A stretch of DNA of 51,104 nucleotides from Oscillospiraceae bacterium (GTDB lineage: Bacteria > Bacillota > Clostridia > Oscillospirales > CAG-272), in the NCBI GenBank assembly GCA_015063525.1, contig SVTZ01000001.1:1-51104 (forward strand), in the 5' to 3' direction. Positions 40,273 through 49,854 of this stretch are shown piece after piece. Each line of letters begins with the position of its first letter. The stretch's first letter is position 1. The translations under genes and the position numbers were made by a program. The notes beneath the pieces are model-generated. The model had not been told where the DNA came from. It did no database searches and saw nothing but the letters and a program-made list of their open reading frames with translations.

Positions 40273-40323
40273 AAAAAATTCAAAATGACGTTGGGGAACA
40301 GACCCGAATAGAAAGATAAATTA

Positions 40324-41097
40324 ATGAAAATTCTTGCAATAGGAGATGTTACAAGCCCTGCGGGGGTTGAGCATCTCAAAAGAAATCTTTGGAAATTCAG
40401 AGAGAAAAACAAAATTGACTTCTGCGTGGTAAACGGCGAGAACGCCTCCTTTATCACGGGGATTTCGCCCGAGCTTGCCGAGGTTCTGCTTCGCTCAGGA
40501 GCTGACTGCATTACCGGCGGAAACCATACCCTTCGCAATAAGCGCGCATACACCTTTCTTGATGACAGCCGCGAGATACTTCGTCCGATAAATTTCGGTG
40601 ACGGTGCGCCGGGCAAAGGATATACTATTCTCGACGCCTGCGGCTACCGTATTCTTGTTATTAACGCTATGGGCAGGGTGCATATTGACCCTATTCTCGA
40701 CTCGCCGTTTACTTATATCGACCGTGCGCTTTCGGAGGCAGAGGGTCAGTACGATTTTGCCGTGCTCGATATTCACGCCGAGGCTACGGGTGAAAAAATG
40801 GCCGTAGGCTATGCCTACGACGGCCGTATAAATATTGTTTTTGGTACTCACACCCACGTACAGACTGCTGATGCCCGTTCCTTGCCAAAGGGTACTGGAT
40901 ACATTACCGACCTTGGTATGTGCGGAGAGAGCGATGGTATTCTCGGTATGGATTCCGAGACTGTAGTAATGCGAATGAGAAGTAATCTTCCTTATAGTTT
41001 TAAGGCTTCAAGTGGTCCTTGCATTGCTAACGGAGCGATATTTACTCTTGATACCTCCTCTGGTAAAGTAACGAATGTGGAGACGGTAAGCTTTTAA
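40324..41097 (+). CDS. ymdB: YmdB-family metallophosphoesterase (2',3'-cyclic-nucleotide 2'-phosphodiesterase)
   Basis: MKILAIGDV..G, GEN and HAE motifs. It holds the conserved position after rny. Confidence 0.88.
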   Translation: MKILAIGDVTSPAGVEHLKRNLWKFREKNKIDFCVVNGENASFITGISPELAEVLLRSGADCITGGNHTLRNKRAYTFLDDSREILRPINFGDGAPGKGYTILDACGYRILVINAMGRVHIDPILDSPFTYIDRALSEAEGQYDFAVLDIHAEATGEKMAVGYAYDGRINIVFGTHTHVQTADARSLPKGTGYITDLGMCGESDGILGMDSETVVMRMRSNLPYSFKASSGPCIANGAIFTLDTSSGKVTNVETVSF

Positions 41098-41162
41098 AAA
41101 AATGGGTTAAGTAGCCGAAAAGTAAACTAAAGTATGAATAATAATATAGAAAGGTTGGAAAA

Positions 41163-43037
41163 ATGGAGCTAAAAACAAAAGTTGCCGTTATCGGCGCAGG
41201 CCATGCAGGTATTGAAGCCGCCCTTGCCTCTGCGAGAATGGGTATTGACACGGTGCTTTTCACCACCAACCTTGATGCGGTTGGAAATATGCCCTGCAAC
41301 CCCTCTATCGGAGGAAGTGCAAAGGGACATCTTGTTTTTGAGATCGACGCCTTGGGCGGTGAGATGGGCTATGTCGCCGATATCGCAACCATACAGTCGC
41401 GCACGCTTAATCTCGGTAAAGGCGCGGCCGTTCACTCGAAGAGAGTGCAGGCTGATCGCTCCGAATATAAAAAGCAGATGAAGAAAACTCTCGAGGCCGA
41501 GAAAAATCTCCGTCTCGTTCAGGCTGAGATCGTTGACATTACAACCGAGGAGCGCGAGGGAAAGCAGTGTGTTAACGGAGTAATTACCTCTCTTGGTGAG
41601 ATCTGGCAGACAAGCCGTGTCATTATCGCGACCGGTACTTTCCTTGAAAGTCAAGTCTTTGTCGGCGATAAGGTGCTCTCTGCGGGTCCTGACGGACTCA
41701 TGCCTGCGAAGGGTCTCTCGGATAATCTAAGAAGGCTTGGCCTTACTCTTCAGCGTTTCAAAACCGGAACTCCTGCGCGTGTTCACCGCCGTTCGGTGGT
41801 TTTGTCGGGTCTTGAGCTTCAGGAGGGCGAAAGCGAGCCTGTTCCATACTCGGTCAGAACCGAGAAAAAGGCGGCAAGCGAGGTCAATCTCGCAACCTGC
41901 CACATAGTTTATACAAATAAGAATACCCACGAAATAATTCTCACAAACCTTGAAAGATCGGCAATGTACTCTGGCAATATCACCGGCGAAGGGCCTCGTT
42001 ACTGTCCTTCTATTGAGACTAAGCTTGTGCGTTTTGCGGATAAGGAAAGGCATCAGCTGTTTGTCGAGCCCTGCGGCCTTGATACCGATGAGCTTTATAT
42101 TCAGGGCTTTTCAACCTCGATGCCTACAGATATTCAGTATCAGATGCTAAAGAGTCTTCCCGGATTTGAGAACGCTGAGATAATGCGCTATGCCTACGCT
42201 ATTGAGTACGATTGCGCCGATCCCACCGAGATGTATCCGACTCTTGAATTTAAGGCGGTCGGCGGCCTTTACGGCGCGGGACAGTTCAACGGCACCTCGG
42301 GTTATGAGGAGGCAGCTGCACAGGGACTAGTAGCGGGAATTAATGCCGCCCTTGCCGAGTGTGGCAGGGAGCCGATGATTTTATCGCGTTCTTCATCATA
42401 TATCGGTACTCTTATCGACGATCTTGTAACTAAAGGTGCAAAAGAGCCTTACCGTATAATGACATCAAGAAGCGAGTACAGACTGCTGCTTAGACAAGAT
42501 AACGCTGATCTTCGCCTGACGGAGATCGGTCACGAGGTTGGTCTTATAAGTGAAAACCGCTACACTGCCTTCCTTGATAAGAAGAAAATGATCGAGGAAG
42601 AGATAAAGAGGCTTGAGAAAACCGTAATTTCACCATCTGAGAGAAATAATGCATTTCTGCGTGCGCTTGGATCTGCCGAGATAACTACCGGAATAAAGCT
42701 CTCCGAGCTTCTTCGCCGACCGGAGTTGTCCTATTCGGCACTTTCGGAAATTGATGATGATCGTCCAAGCCTTCCGTCGGCGGTAGTGAGAACGGCGGAA
42801 ATCCAGGTGAAATACCAGGGCTATATCAAGCGAGAGCTTTCCGAGGTTGAAAGACAGAAAAAGTTGGAAAACAAGAAAATCCCTGCGGATATCGATTACA
42901 CTAAAATAGTTGGACTGAAGCAGGAGTCGGCAGAGAAGCTTTCTAAAATACGCCCTATGAGTATAGGCCAGGCTTCGCGTATCAGCGGAGTAAACCCTGC
43001 GGATATCAGCGTGCTGCTTATCTATCTTGGAAAATAA
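41163..43037 (+). CDS. mnmG: tRNA uridine 5-carboxymethylaminomethyl modification enzyme MnmG (GidA)
   Basis: VIGAGHAGIEAA FAD motif, 624 aa, typical GidA sequence throughout. Confidence 0.95.
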   Translation: MELKTKVAVIGAGHAGIEAALASARMGIDTVLFTTNLDAVGNMPCNPSIGGSAKGHLVFEIDALGGEMGYVADIATIQSRTLNLGKGAAVHSKRVQADRSEYKKQMKKTLEAEKNLRLVQAEIVDITTEEREGKQCVNGVITSLGEIWQTSRVIIATGTFLESQVFVGDKVLSAGPDGLMPAKGLSDNLRRLGLTLQRFKTGTPARVHRRSVVLSGLELQEGESEPVPYSVRTEKKAASEVNLATCHIVYTNKNTHEIILTNLERSAMYSGNITGEGPRYCPSIETKLVRFADKERHQLFVEPCGLDTDELYIQGFSTSMPTDIQYQMLKSLPGFENAEIMRYAYAIEYDCADPTEMYPTLEFKAVGGLYGAGQFNGTSGYEEAAAQGLVAGINAALAECGREPMILSRSSSYIGTLIDDLVTKGAKEPYRIMTSRSEYRLLLRQDNADLRLTEIGHEVGLISENRYTAFLDKKKMIEEEIKRLEKTVISPSERNNAFLRALGSAEITTGIKLSELLRRPELSYSALSEIDDDRPSLPSAVVRTAEIQVKYQGYIKRELSEVERQKKLENKKIPADIDYTKIVGLKQESAEKLSKIRPMSIGQASRISGVNPADISVLLIYLGK

Positions 43038-43063
43038 ACCTACAAAAGGAGAAGGATCTTAAA

Positions 43064-43768
43064 ATGAACGAACAGAATTCACGCACCGAGATGCTTCTCG
43101 GTATCGAAGGAGTAGAAAGACTTTCGGCGGCTAAGGTTGCCGTCTTCGGAGTAGGCGGAGTAGGCGGATATGCTACCGAAGCACTTGCCAGAGCAGGAAT
43201 GGGTGAGATACACCTTATCGACTCGGACAAGGTTTCGATATCCAATATCAATAGACAGATAATAGCTACTCACGACACCGTCGGCAGATATAAGACCGAG
43301 GCAATGCGGGATCGTATTCTTTCCATTAATCCCGATTGCAAAGTTGTTTGTTATAATCTTTTCTTTGACGAAAGCACTAAGGACGAGATCGACTTTAAGA
43401 CTTTTGATTACGTCATCGACGCCATTGATTCTCTCTCGGCAAAGGTGGAGCTTATCGCTTTTGCACACGCCGCGCAGACGAAAATAATCTCTGCAATGGG
43501 CGCAGGAAACAAGCTTGACCCCACACTGTTTGAGGTTTCGGATATTTCGAAAACTACAGTTTGTCCTCTCGCCCGTGCGGTGCGAATTGCACTGCGTAAG
43601 AAGGGGATAAATCACCTAAAGGTGGTTTACTCAAAAGAACCTCCCGCAGTTCCTCCCGAGGTATCCGACGGAGTGAAAAAACGTGTTCCGGGAAGTCTTT
43701 CATTCGTGCCTTCAGTGATGGGTTTGATCCTTGCCGGTGAGGTAATTAAGGATATTGCAGCTAAATAA
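43064..43768 (+). CDS. tcdA: tRNA threonylcarbamoyladenosine dehydratase (ThiF/E1-like, TcdA)
   Basis: GVGGVGG nucleotide-binding motif, about 234 aa, YgdL/TcdA-like. Confidence 0.8.
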   Translation: MNEQNSRTEMLLGIEGVERLSAAKVAVFGVGGVGGYATEALARAGMGEIHLIDSDKVSISNINRQIIATHDTVGRYKTEAMRDRILSINPDCKVVCYNLFFDESTKDEIDFKTFDYVIDAIDSLSAKVELIAFAHAAQTKIISAMGAGNKLDPTLFEVSDISKTTVCPLARAVRIALRKKGINHLKVVYSKEPPAVPPEVSDGVKKRVPGSLSFVPSVMGLILAGEVIKDIAAK

Positions 43769-43791
43769 ATATCGTAAACTAAAGTTTACGA

Positions 43792-43832
43792 AAAGCCTCT
43801 CGCAAAAATTTGTCTGCGAGAGGCTTTTTTTA
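43792..43832. terminator. Rho-independent terminator after tcdA, probably bidirectional
   Basis: AGCCTCTCGCA-N10-TGCGAGAGGCT followed by T7. An A-run lies on the other side. Confidence 0.85.
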
Positions 43833-43955
43833 TAAAAAGTTTTGATTTTATCTTTAAAAAACGAAAAAATAATGAAAAAGTTTGAAAAAATCTGAATTTT
43901 TCTCTAAAAAATATAAAGAATATGTTATTTTTCTTTTTCTCAAGCGAAAAAGCAG

Positions 43956-46340
43956 TTATTTTTTATTTCTTTTTCGATTTTCTATTTTTCCTGCCATTTT
44001 ATTTACCCAGGCCTCCATATTTGGAAGAAAGAGCTGAAGAATGAGAGCTAGCGAAATGCTTATTCCGATCATCCCGAGAAGCAAGATAAGGTTATCAAAT
44101 GCAGGCAGGAAGAAGAGTAGATCTCTGAGCAAAAATATGCTGACGAGACTGACTGACAGCAGTCCTACGCCGACTATCAAGCAGACTCCAACGCGCCACT
44201 TTGTGAAGGGGCGGCAGAGCGAGAGAAGGTTAATAAAGCCCACCAGAGTGACAATGATCATAGCGATAGAATTTCGTGACAGATCGCTTATGTCTATAAG
44301 CCCGAATCTGTGAAGTAGCATAAGAAGCAACACAGGAATGAACATTACCATGGCATTCGGTATACTGCGTATCATAACGGTACGAAGGAATGATCCCTCA
44401 ATTCGCTTGTTGTTCGGCTCCAGCGCAAGAAGGAAGGATGCGCCGCCGATAATGAACATCTCGAGCAGCATAAACTGCTTCGGCTCAAAGGGATAGCCCG
44501 ACACGGTAAACACCGCAAAGAGCGAAAGACAGATAGTGAACACCGTCTTCATAAGGAATAGCACCGCTGAGCCACGTACGTTGTTGATACATCTGCGGCC
44601 CTCGCGCACAACGTCGGGAAGGGTAGAGAAGTCGGAGTTTAAGAGAACTATCTGCGAAACACCTCTCGCAACCTCGCTGCCGTCGGCCATAGCTATAGCG
44701 CAGTTGGACTCCTTAAGTGCGAGAGTATCGTTTACACCGTCGCCGGTCATTGCCACAGTGTGACCCCGATCCTTCAGGGTTCTCACAAGCAGTACCTTTT
44801 GCTCCGGGGTGACGCGGCCAAAGACGGTGTATTCATCTGCTGCGGCAGAAAGCTCCTCGTCGCTTAGATTTTCGCAGGAGATGTACTTATCAGCATTTTT
44901 GACCCCAACCCTTGACGCAATGTTAGATACGGTAGCCGCATGGTCGCCAGAAATAATCTTTATGGTAACGTCCTGATTTTGGAAATTGGATATAGTCTCC
45001 TTAGCACCAGGACGAATTCTGTCGGAAATAGCGATCATTGCAATGACTTCACCGACCGAGTCAAGACTTGCAAGTCTGACAAGCAGGAGAACGCGCTCGC
45101 CTTTTTTTGCGCGCAGAGCAATCTGATCCTCAAGCTCGCACGATACGGGGCAGGGAACAAAGTGAGGTGCGCCGACGGCGTATATTTCGTTGCCTTCAAG
45201 GGCGACAGCGGAGTATTTTCTTGCCGACGAGAAGGGAATCTTGTCTATAACTTGGCTTTCTGTTCTGCCGAAATACTCGATAAGTGCTCTTGAGGTGTTG
45301 TTTAGGCTCTCCTCCGAGCCTTCAACCAGAGCCATAATTCGACGTATCTCGCCATCCGAGCTTCCGTCAAGAGATATGACGTCGCTTACGCACATAGTTC
45401 CATCGGTGATAGTACCTGTCTTGTCAAGGCAAAGCACATCTGCAGAGGCAAGCATCTCGATGGAATACATATCCTGCACGAGAGTCTGCTTTTTTGATAG
45501 CTTGATAACGCTGAGCGTAAGAGTAAGAGTTACGAGAAGATAGCATCCTGCGGGGATCATACCGATAACCGAACCGCAGGTCTTGATAACCGCTGTGTTA
45601 ATATCACCGGAGTAGGCAAAGTAGTTGGCGATGAGCATCGCTGCGGTCATAGGCACCATAAAGATACCGATGTATTTTATAAGATTATTAAGATCGCGGA
45701 AGAGATTGGAGGCAGGCGCCTTAAAGCCTTTTGCCGCCTTCTCTATCTTATGAACGTAGTTTTCAGCACCAACGCGGATAACTCTTGCAAAAATACTGCC
45801 GCTTACGATAAAGCTGCCCGCAAGGACAACGTCGTTTTCCTGCTTTCTTATGGCGTCGCTCTCGCCGGTAAGCATACTCTCGTTTGCCTCGGCGTATCCG
45901 GAGATTACAACCGCGTCTGAAGGAACCTGCTTGCCAAGCTCTATCTTTATAACGTCACCAAGAACGATTTCGGACACATCAATCTCTCTCTCCTCACCGT
46001 CACGGATAACGGTAGCTTTTGGCTCTGTGGTAACCGAAAGCTTTTCGACCGTCTTTTTAGCGCGGATCTCCTGGATTATGGCGATAAGCACGTTGGGGAT
46101 TATAACGGCTAAAAAGGTGAGGTTAGTCGGGCTGTTAAATGCGATAAGCACAACAGCAACGATTGCCCAAACGAAGTTAAAGAATGTGAAAAGATTATCG
46201 GTAATAATTTTAAGATAGCTTTTACCGGTCTTTTCCTTGACCTTATTAATGTTGCCGAGAGCAATCTGTTCTTTTATCTGTGATTCTGTAAGCCCTTGTA
46301 GATATTCCTTTTCTATGATCTTTATATTATTGGATTTCAT
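43956..46340 (-). CDS. Cation-translocating P-type ATPase
   Basis: DKTGTIT phosphorylation site, TGES, and the TGDGVNDTLAL hinge. The start is set at ATG 46338..46340 after AAAGGA. Confidence 0.9.
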   Translation of the reverse strand: MKSNNIKIIEKEYLQGLTESQIKEQIALGNINKVKEKTGKSYLKIITDNLFTFFNFVWAIVAVVLIAFNSPTNLTFLAVIIPNVLIAIIQEIRAKKTVEKLSVTTEPKATVIRDGEEREIDVSEIVLGDVIKIELGKQVPSDAVVISGYAEANESMLTGESDAIRKQENDVVLAGSFIVSGSIFARVIRVGAENYVHKIEKAAKGFKAPASNLFRDLNNLIKYIGIFMVPMTAAMLIANYFAYSGDINTAVIKTCGSVIGMIPAGCYLLVTLTLTLSVIKLSKKQTLVQDMYSIEMLASADVLCLDKTGTITDGTMCVSDVISLDGSSDGEIRRIMALVEGSEESLNNTSRALIEYFGRTESQVIDKIPFSSARKYSAVALEGNEIYAVGAPHFVPCPVSCELEDQIALRAKKGERVLLLVRLASLDSVGEVIAMIAISDRIRPGAKETISNFQNQDVTIKIISGDHAATVSNIASRVGVKNADKYISCENLSDEELSAAADEYTVFGRVTPEQKVLLVRTLKDRGHTVAMTGDGVNDTLALKESNCAIAMADGSEVARGVSQIVLLNSDFSTLPDVVREGRRCINNVRGSAVLFLMKTVFTICLSLFAVFTVSGYPFEPKQFMLLEMFIIGGASFLLALEPNNKRIEGSFLRTVMIRSIPNAMVMFIPVLLLMLLHRFGLIDISDLSRNSIAMIIVTLVGFINLLSLCRPFTKWRVGVCLIVGVGLLSVSLVSIFLLRDLLFFLPAFDNLILLLGMIGISISLALILQLFLPNMEAWVNKMAGKIENRKRNKK

Positions 46341-46502
46341 TTTTATCCTTTCATACAAATGTTATCGTACAATATATTACTATATCATAAAGGCAAAAAA
46401 ATGTCAAGAAAACAAACTGTGAAGAAAAATAACTTATAAAAAACTTGACTTTGCTCTTATTTTGTGTAATAATGTTTGTACAAGAAGGAAAAGGAGTGAC
46501 GT

Positions 46503-47003
46503 GTGATGACCTCCAAGTGCGAAAAACTGCTGAGAGAAATAAACGGCTCGTATAAAACGACTTTTATCCTGAAATGGTTCGGATATTTGGCAACGGTAAT
46601 GTGCGTTTTTGTGTTCTTATACCTTTTTCTCGTATTTTTTGAAATATCCCTAATCTCTCTTGTTGGCTTTCTTGTTACACTCGGCGTACCCTTTTTGATT
46701 GTAAGCCTGGTCAGAAGGCTGATAAATTCTCCGCGCCCCTATGATGTTTACGATTTCTATGACACTCTGCCAAAGCAGAAAAAGGGAAGCTCCTTCCCTA
46801 GCCGTCACGCCTTTTCGATTTTTGCAATAGGTACGCTTTGTCTGTTCGTTCATCCTCTTATCGGTGCTGTGACTCTTGTTCTTGGAATAATAATGTGTGT
46901 ATCAAGAGTGCTTCTCGGCATACACTTTATAAGAGACGTTGTTGCGGGTGCTCTGATTGGTGTTATTAGCTCGCTTATTGGCGCGTTTATACTGCTTTAC
47001 TGA
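46503..47003 (+). CDS. PAP2-family phosphatase (membrane)
   Basis: PSRH and SRVLLGIHFIRDV (SR..H..D) PAP2 motifs. The start is ambiguous between GTG 46503 and ATG 46506. Confidence 0.85.
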   Translation: MMTSKCEKLLREINGSYKTTFILKWFGYLATVMCVFVFLYLFLVFFEISLISLVGFLVTLGVPFLIVSLVRRLINSPRPYDVYDFYDTLPKQKKGSSFPSRHAFSIFAIGTLCLFVHPLIGAVTLVLGIIMCVSRVLLGIHFIRDVVAGALIGVISSLIGAFILLY

Positions 47004-47050
47004 GCGCCGCCTATTATATATTATAATATAAAGGAAGGAAAACTGAAAAA

Positions 47051-47740
47051 ATGAAGGTAACCTGGCTTACACAGAATGGATTTTTGTTTGAAAACAGCAG
47101 AATAAAAATAATGATCGACCCATATCTTACCGACAGTCTCGGTCAAGTAAAGCCCGAAAAGAGCCGCAGAATTCCCGCGGACGAGAGCTACTTTAAGGCG
47201 GATCCGGATGTTGTTCTTATTACACACGATCATATCGACCATCTTGATCTTAAGACGATAGAGAAAATTCTTGAAAACAGCACGAAGGAGATTGTTTTCC
47301 TGGTCAGCGAGTTGGCTTATAATAAGCTTTTGCCGGTTTGCAAGGATCATAATTTGGTGCTTTTAGCACCCCACTCGGTATGGAGCGAAAACGGTAATAC
47401 CTTCTACTCGGTACACGCAGAGCATAGCGACAGAAGTGCGGTTGGCTTTATCATAGACGACGGAAAGCAGACCTTCTACGTCAGCGGTGATACACTTTAT
47501 AACTACGAGGTTATCGACGACGTGCTTGACCTTGCGCCTGACGGAGTTGACTACGCCTTTCTTCCCATTAACGGTCGCGGAAACAATATGAACGCACGCG
47601 ATGCCGCCGACTTTGCTTATGAAATTGGCGCAAAGTGCGCTGTTCCCACCCACTACGGCCTGACCGACAACAAAACCCCTGACGAATTCGACTTTGACGA
47701 TAGACTCATCCTTGAGCCTTATGTCGAGACAAAACTTTAA
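47051..47740 (+). CDS. MBL-fold metallo-hydrolase
   Basis: THDHIDHLD metal-binding motif, 229 aa. Confidence 0.85.
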   Translation: MKVTWLTQNGFLFENSRIKIMIDPYLTDSLGQVKPEKSRRIPADESYFKADPDVVLITHDHIDHLDLKTIEKILENSTKEIVFLVSELAYNKLLPVCKDHNLVLLAPHSVWSENGNTFYSVHAEHSDRSAVGFIIDDGKQTFYVSGDTLYNYEVIDDVLDLAPDGVDYAFLPINGRGNNMNARDAADFAYEIGAKCAVPTHYGLTDNKTPDEFDFDDRLILEPYVETKL

Positions 47741-47753
47741 AAAAGAGCCCTTT

Positions 47754-47786
47754 GGCGTACCTGCGATAAAGCAGGTGCGCCTTTTG
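47754..47786 (+). terminator. Rho-independent terminator after the MBL hydrolase gene
   Basis: GGCGTACCTGC-GATAAA-GCAGGTGCGCC (one G-U pair) followed by TTTT. Confidence 0.75.
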
Positions 47787-47788
47787 GA

Positions 47789-47815
47789 TTTTATCCAACC
47801 AGAAGTTGGATAAAA
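47789..47815. promoter_or_regulatory. Perfect 11-bp inverted repeat TTTTATCCAAC-N5-GTTGGATAAAA upstream of the XRE-FtsK-gamma gene
   Basis: Seen directly. It lies 26 nt upstream of the predicted -35 and has no U-tract in the sense orientation. Confidence 0.45.
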
Positions 47816-47840
47816 AACTATAAATCAAACCAATGCGTCA

Positions 47841-47869
47841 TTGTATTTTTTTCCTGATAATGATATAAT
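47841..47869 (+). promoter_or_regulatory. Predicted extended -10 promoter of the XRE-FtsK-gamma gene
   Basis: TTGTAT, 17 nt, TATAAT, with TGA immediately upstream of the -10. Confidence 0.55.
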
Positions 47870-47909
47870 TCAAATGTAGCTACAAATAAATTTATTGAGA
47901 AAGGATAAT

Positions 47910-48344
47910 ATGATGTCCATAAGAATAGGTGAAAACATTACCTTTTTGCGAAAGAAAAAAGGACTAACACAAGACGAACTTGCAAAGGAACTCAATATAT
48001 CAAATCAAGCGGTATCAAAATGGGAATCTGGAAAATGTTGTCCAGACATTGAACTTATTCCAGTGTTGGCGCACTTTTTTGAAGTTTCTATTGACGATTT
48101 ATTAGTGAGCAAATGCTTAACCACATCAACTGCTACTAACGAATCTGCCGATCTCGTTATATCCCAAGCAATTAAGATCGTGCAAGAAGATCAAGTGGTT
48201 TCTACATCTGTTTTGCAACGAAAACTAAAAATTAGCTATAGTCGAGCAAAAAAAATTATTGATGATATGTATAAAAGCGGATACATCGTTAAAGATACGA
48301 GTTCCAACTACAAATATTTATATAACGATAATCCGATTAAATAA
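47910..48344 (+). CDS. XRE-type HTH fused to an FtsK-gamma-like winged-helix domain
   Basis: N-terminal KGLTQDELAKELNISNQAVSKWESG. C-terminal DLVISQAIKIVQEDQVVSTSVLQRKLKISYSRAKKIIDDMYKSGYIV matches the FtsK gamma pattern (..AS.S.LQR...IGY.RA.R.ID.ME..G.V). ATG 47910 follows AAAGGA. Confidence 0.7.
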   Translation: MMSIRIGENITFLRKKKGLTQDELAKELNISNQAVSKWESGKCCPDIELIPVLAHFFEVSIDDLLVSKCLTTSTATNESADLVISQAIKIVQEDQVVSTSVLQRKLKISYSRAKKIIDDMYKSGYIVKDTSSNYKYLYNDNPIK

Positions 48345-48409
48345 CTGAGCTTGTTGAGTCCACAAAAGCAGTGGTTGTCAGAAAAAGCAGATGAGTTTTG
48401 CGACTCACT

Positions 48410-48438
48410 AAAAAAAGCCTTCCTCGGCGGGGTAAGGT
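48410..48438 (-). terminator. Second minus-strand rho-independent terminator in the 48345..48602 spacer
   Basis: On the minus strand: CCTTACC-CCGCCGA-GGAAGG(C) followed by T7. Confidence 0.65.
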
Positions 48439-48514
48439 GGCAGCTGAGGGCTGACAGATGGGATGTTCTTAACTACAAGGTAACTCCTCATACACCACGC
48501 AGGGCAAGTTGTGT
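48410..48514 (-). ncRNA. Candidate small RNA or extended 3'UTR segment bounded by two terminators
   Basis: About 100 nt of GC-rich, non-coding-looking sequence lies between two minus-strand terminators. No convincing promoter was found and no known RNA family recognised. Confidence 0.2.
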
Positions 48515-48545
48515 GAAAAGGAGTACGAACATACACTCGTACTCC
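48515..48545 (-). terminator. Rho-independent terminator after the Toprim gene
   Basis: On the minus strand: GGAGTACGA-N8-TCGTACTCC followed by TTTT. Confidence 0.75.
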
Positions 48546-48602
48546 TGTTGTATTCTCAGCGGGTCAAAACATGCTTTATGGTAGGTGTGCCCGGGGCTCT
48601 TT

Positions 48603-49190
48603 TTATTCGAAAAGTTTTTTAACAAGATCTTTATATTCCTCGTATCCGTAGAGTAGATTCATAGCCTCCAGCAAGGCGTTTGGTGTCATATCCTCGGGCA
48701 GGTCGCATTCGCGGCAGAGTGCACGTCGTCGCTCCGATGAATTTGGATAACCGGTCAATTTATCCTCAAAAAAGTCAACTTTAGTTAGCATCTTGCTGTT
48801 TTTTGGGGCGTTTTCACCGTCAACAAAGGGTGCGAGCAGTCTTAAAATCACGTCCTTTTCCATTCCCTCAACACCGAGGTTTCCGCTTGCTGACGGTTTT
48901 CTCTTGCGCGATTCCTTTCCGGCAATTTTCGGGATATAAAGGTTATGTATGCTCCCCTCGGGAAGAATTCCCGAGAGAAATTTCCGTATCTGCTTTCCAC
49001 CACCGTCTGAGTCGGTGAGGACTATTACACCGTCCTTTGCGATACGGCGCAGAAGCGCTTGTTTTTCCTTGTTGTTGAATATCGAAAAGCCTTCGGTGGT
49101 GATTATCGTTGCATCAACGAAGCCGGAAATCGCGCTTTTGTCGTATCTTCCCTCGACGATGATGGGGAGTGTAATTTTAACTTTTTCCAT
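48603..49190 (-). CDS. Toprim-domain protein (RNase M5-like / DUF4093-type)
   Basis: IIVEGRYDK and LTDSDGGG Toprim motifs with a helical C-terminal domain, 195 aa. Confidence 0.65.
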   Translation of the reverse strand: MEKVKITLPIIVEGRYDKSAISGFVDATIITTEGFSIFNNKEKQALLRRIAKDGVIVLTDSDGGGKQIRKFLSGILPEGSIHNLYIPKIAGKESRKRKPSASGNLGVEGMEKDVILRLLAPFVDGENAPKNSKMLTKVDFFEDKLTGYPNSSERRRALCRECDLPEDMTPNALLEAMNLLYGYEEYKDLVKKLFE

Positions 49191-49854
49191 TTTCTTTTTC
49201 TCTCTTTAAGCAAAGGTCGGCAAGGGGACAATCCTCGCACATAGGCGATCTTGCGGTGCAGGTCTCTCTGCCAAAAAGGACGATCCTGTGGCAAAAGTCG
49301 CTGCCTTCCTTAAGGTAGATAAGCTCGCGTAAAATTTTCTCGATTTTCGTAGGGTCTTTTTCCTTTTCGGGATACATTCCCAGCCTTCCGCAGATGCGTA
49401 TGCAGTGCGTGTCGCAGACGATCGCCTCCTTGCCGAAAACGTCGCCGAGCAGGAGATTAGCAATCTTTCTTCCCACGCCGGGAAGCTTTAAGAGATCATC
49501 CATATTGTCGGGAAGGCTGCCGCCAAAGTCGGTTATTAGCATCTCGCTTGCCGCCTTAATGTTATCGGCCTTCATTCGGTAGAGACCGCAGGGCTTGATT
49601 ATCTCCTCTATCTCCCTGATATCGCCGTTTGCCATCGACTCGGCGTCAGGAAATCTTTTAAAAAGCTCTTCGCATACGATATTGACCCTCGCATCGGTGC
49701 ATTGTGCCGAAAGTCTGCCCATAACCAGTAGCTTCCAAGGGTCGCCGCCGTAGTGCAGTGCGCACTCGGCCTCGGGGTATATTTCCTTAAGCCTTTCTAC
49801 TATGAGAGAAAGGCGTTTTTTCTTTTCCGCTTTAGTCATTTTTTGCCTCGTCAA
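49177..49854 (-). CDS. nth: Endonuclease III
   Basis: HhH-GPD (LPGVGRKIANL) and a C-terminal C-x6-C-x2-C-x5-C 4Fe-4S loop (CTARSPMCEDCPLADLC). Confidence 0.92.
   Translation of the reverse strand: MTRQKMTKAEKKKRLSLIVERLKEIYPEAECALHYGGDPWKLLVMGRLSAQCTDARVNIVCEELFKRFPDAESMANGDIREIEEIIKPCGLYRMKADNIKAASEMLITDFGGSLPDNMDDLLKLPGVGRKIANLLLGDVFGKEAIVCDTHCIRICGRLGMYPEKEKDPTKIEKILRELIYLKEGSDFCHRIVLFGRETCTARSPMCEDCPLADLCLKREKENGKS

Noticed and set aside
48351-48584. 77-aa ORF (TTG start) in the GC-rich spacer
   Set aside because: It has no Shine-Dalgarno sequence and no recognisable motif. It runs through two hairpin terminators of the opposite strand. I treat the region as non-coding.
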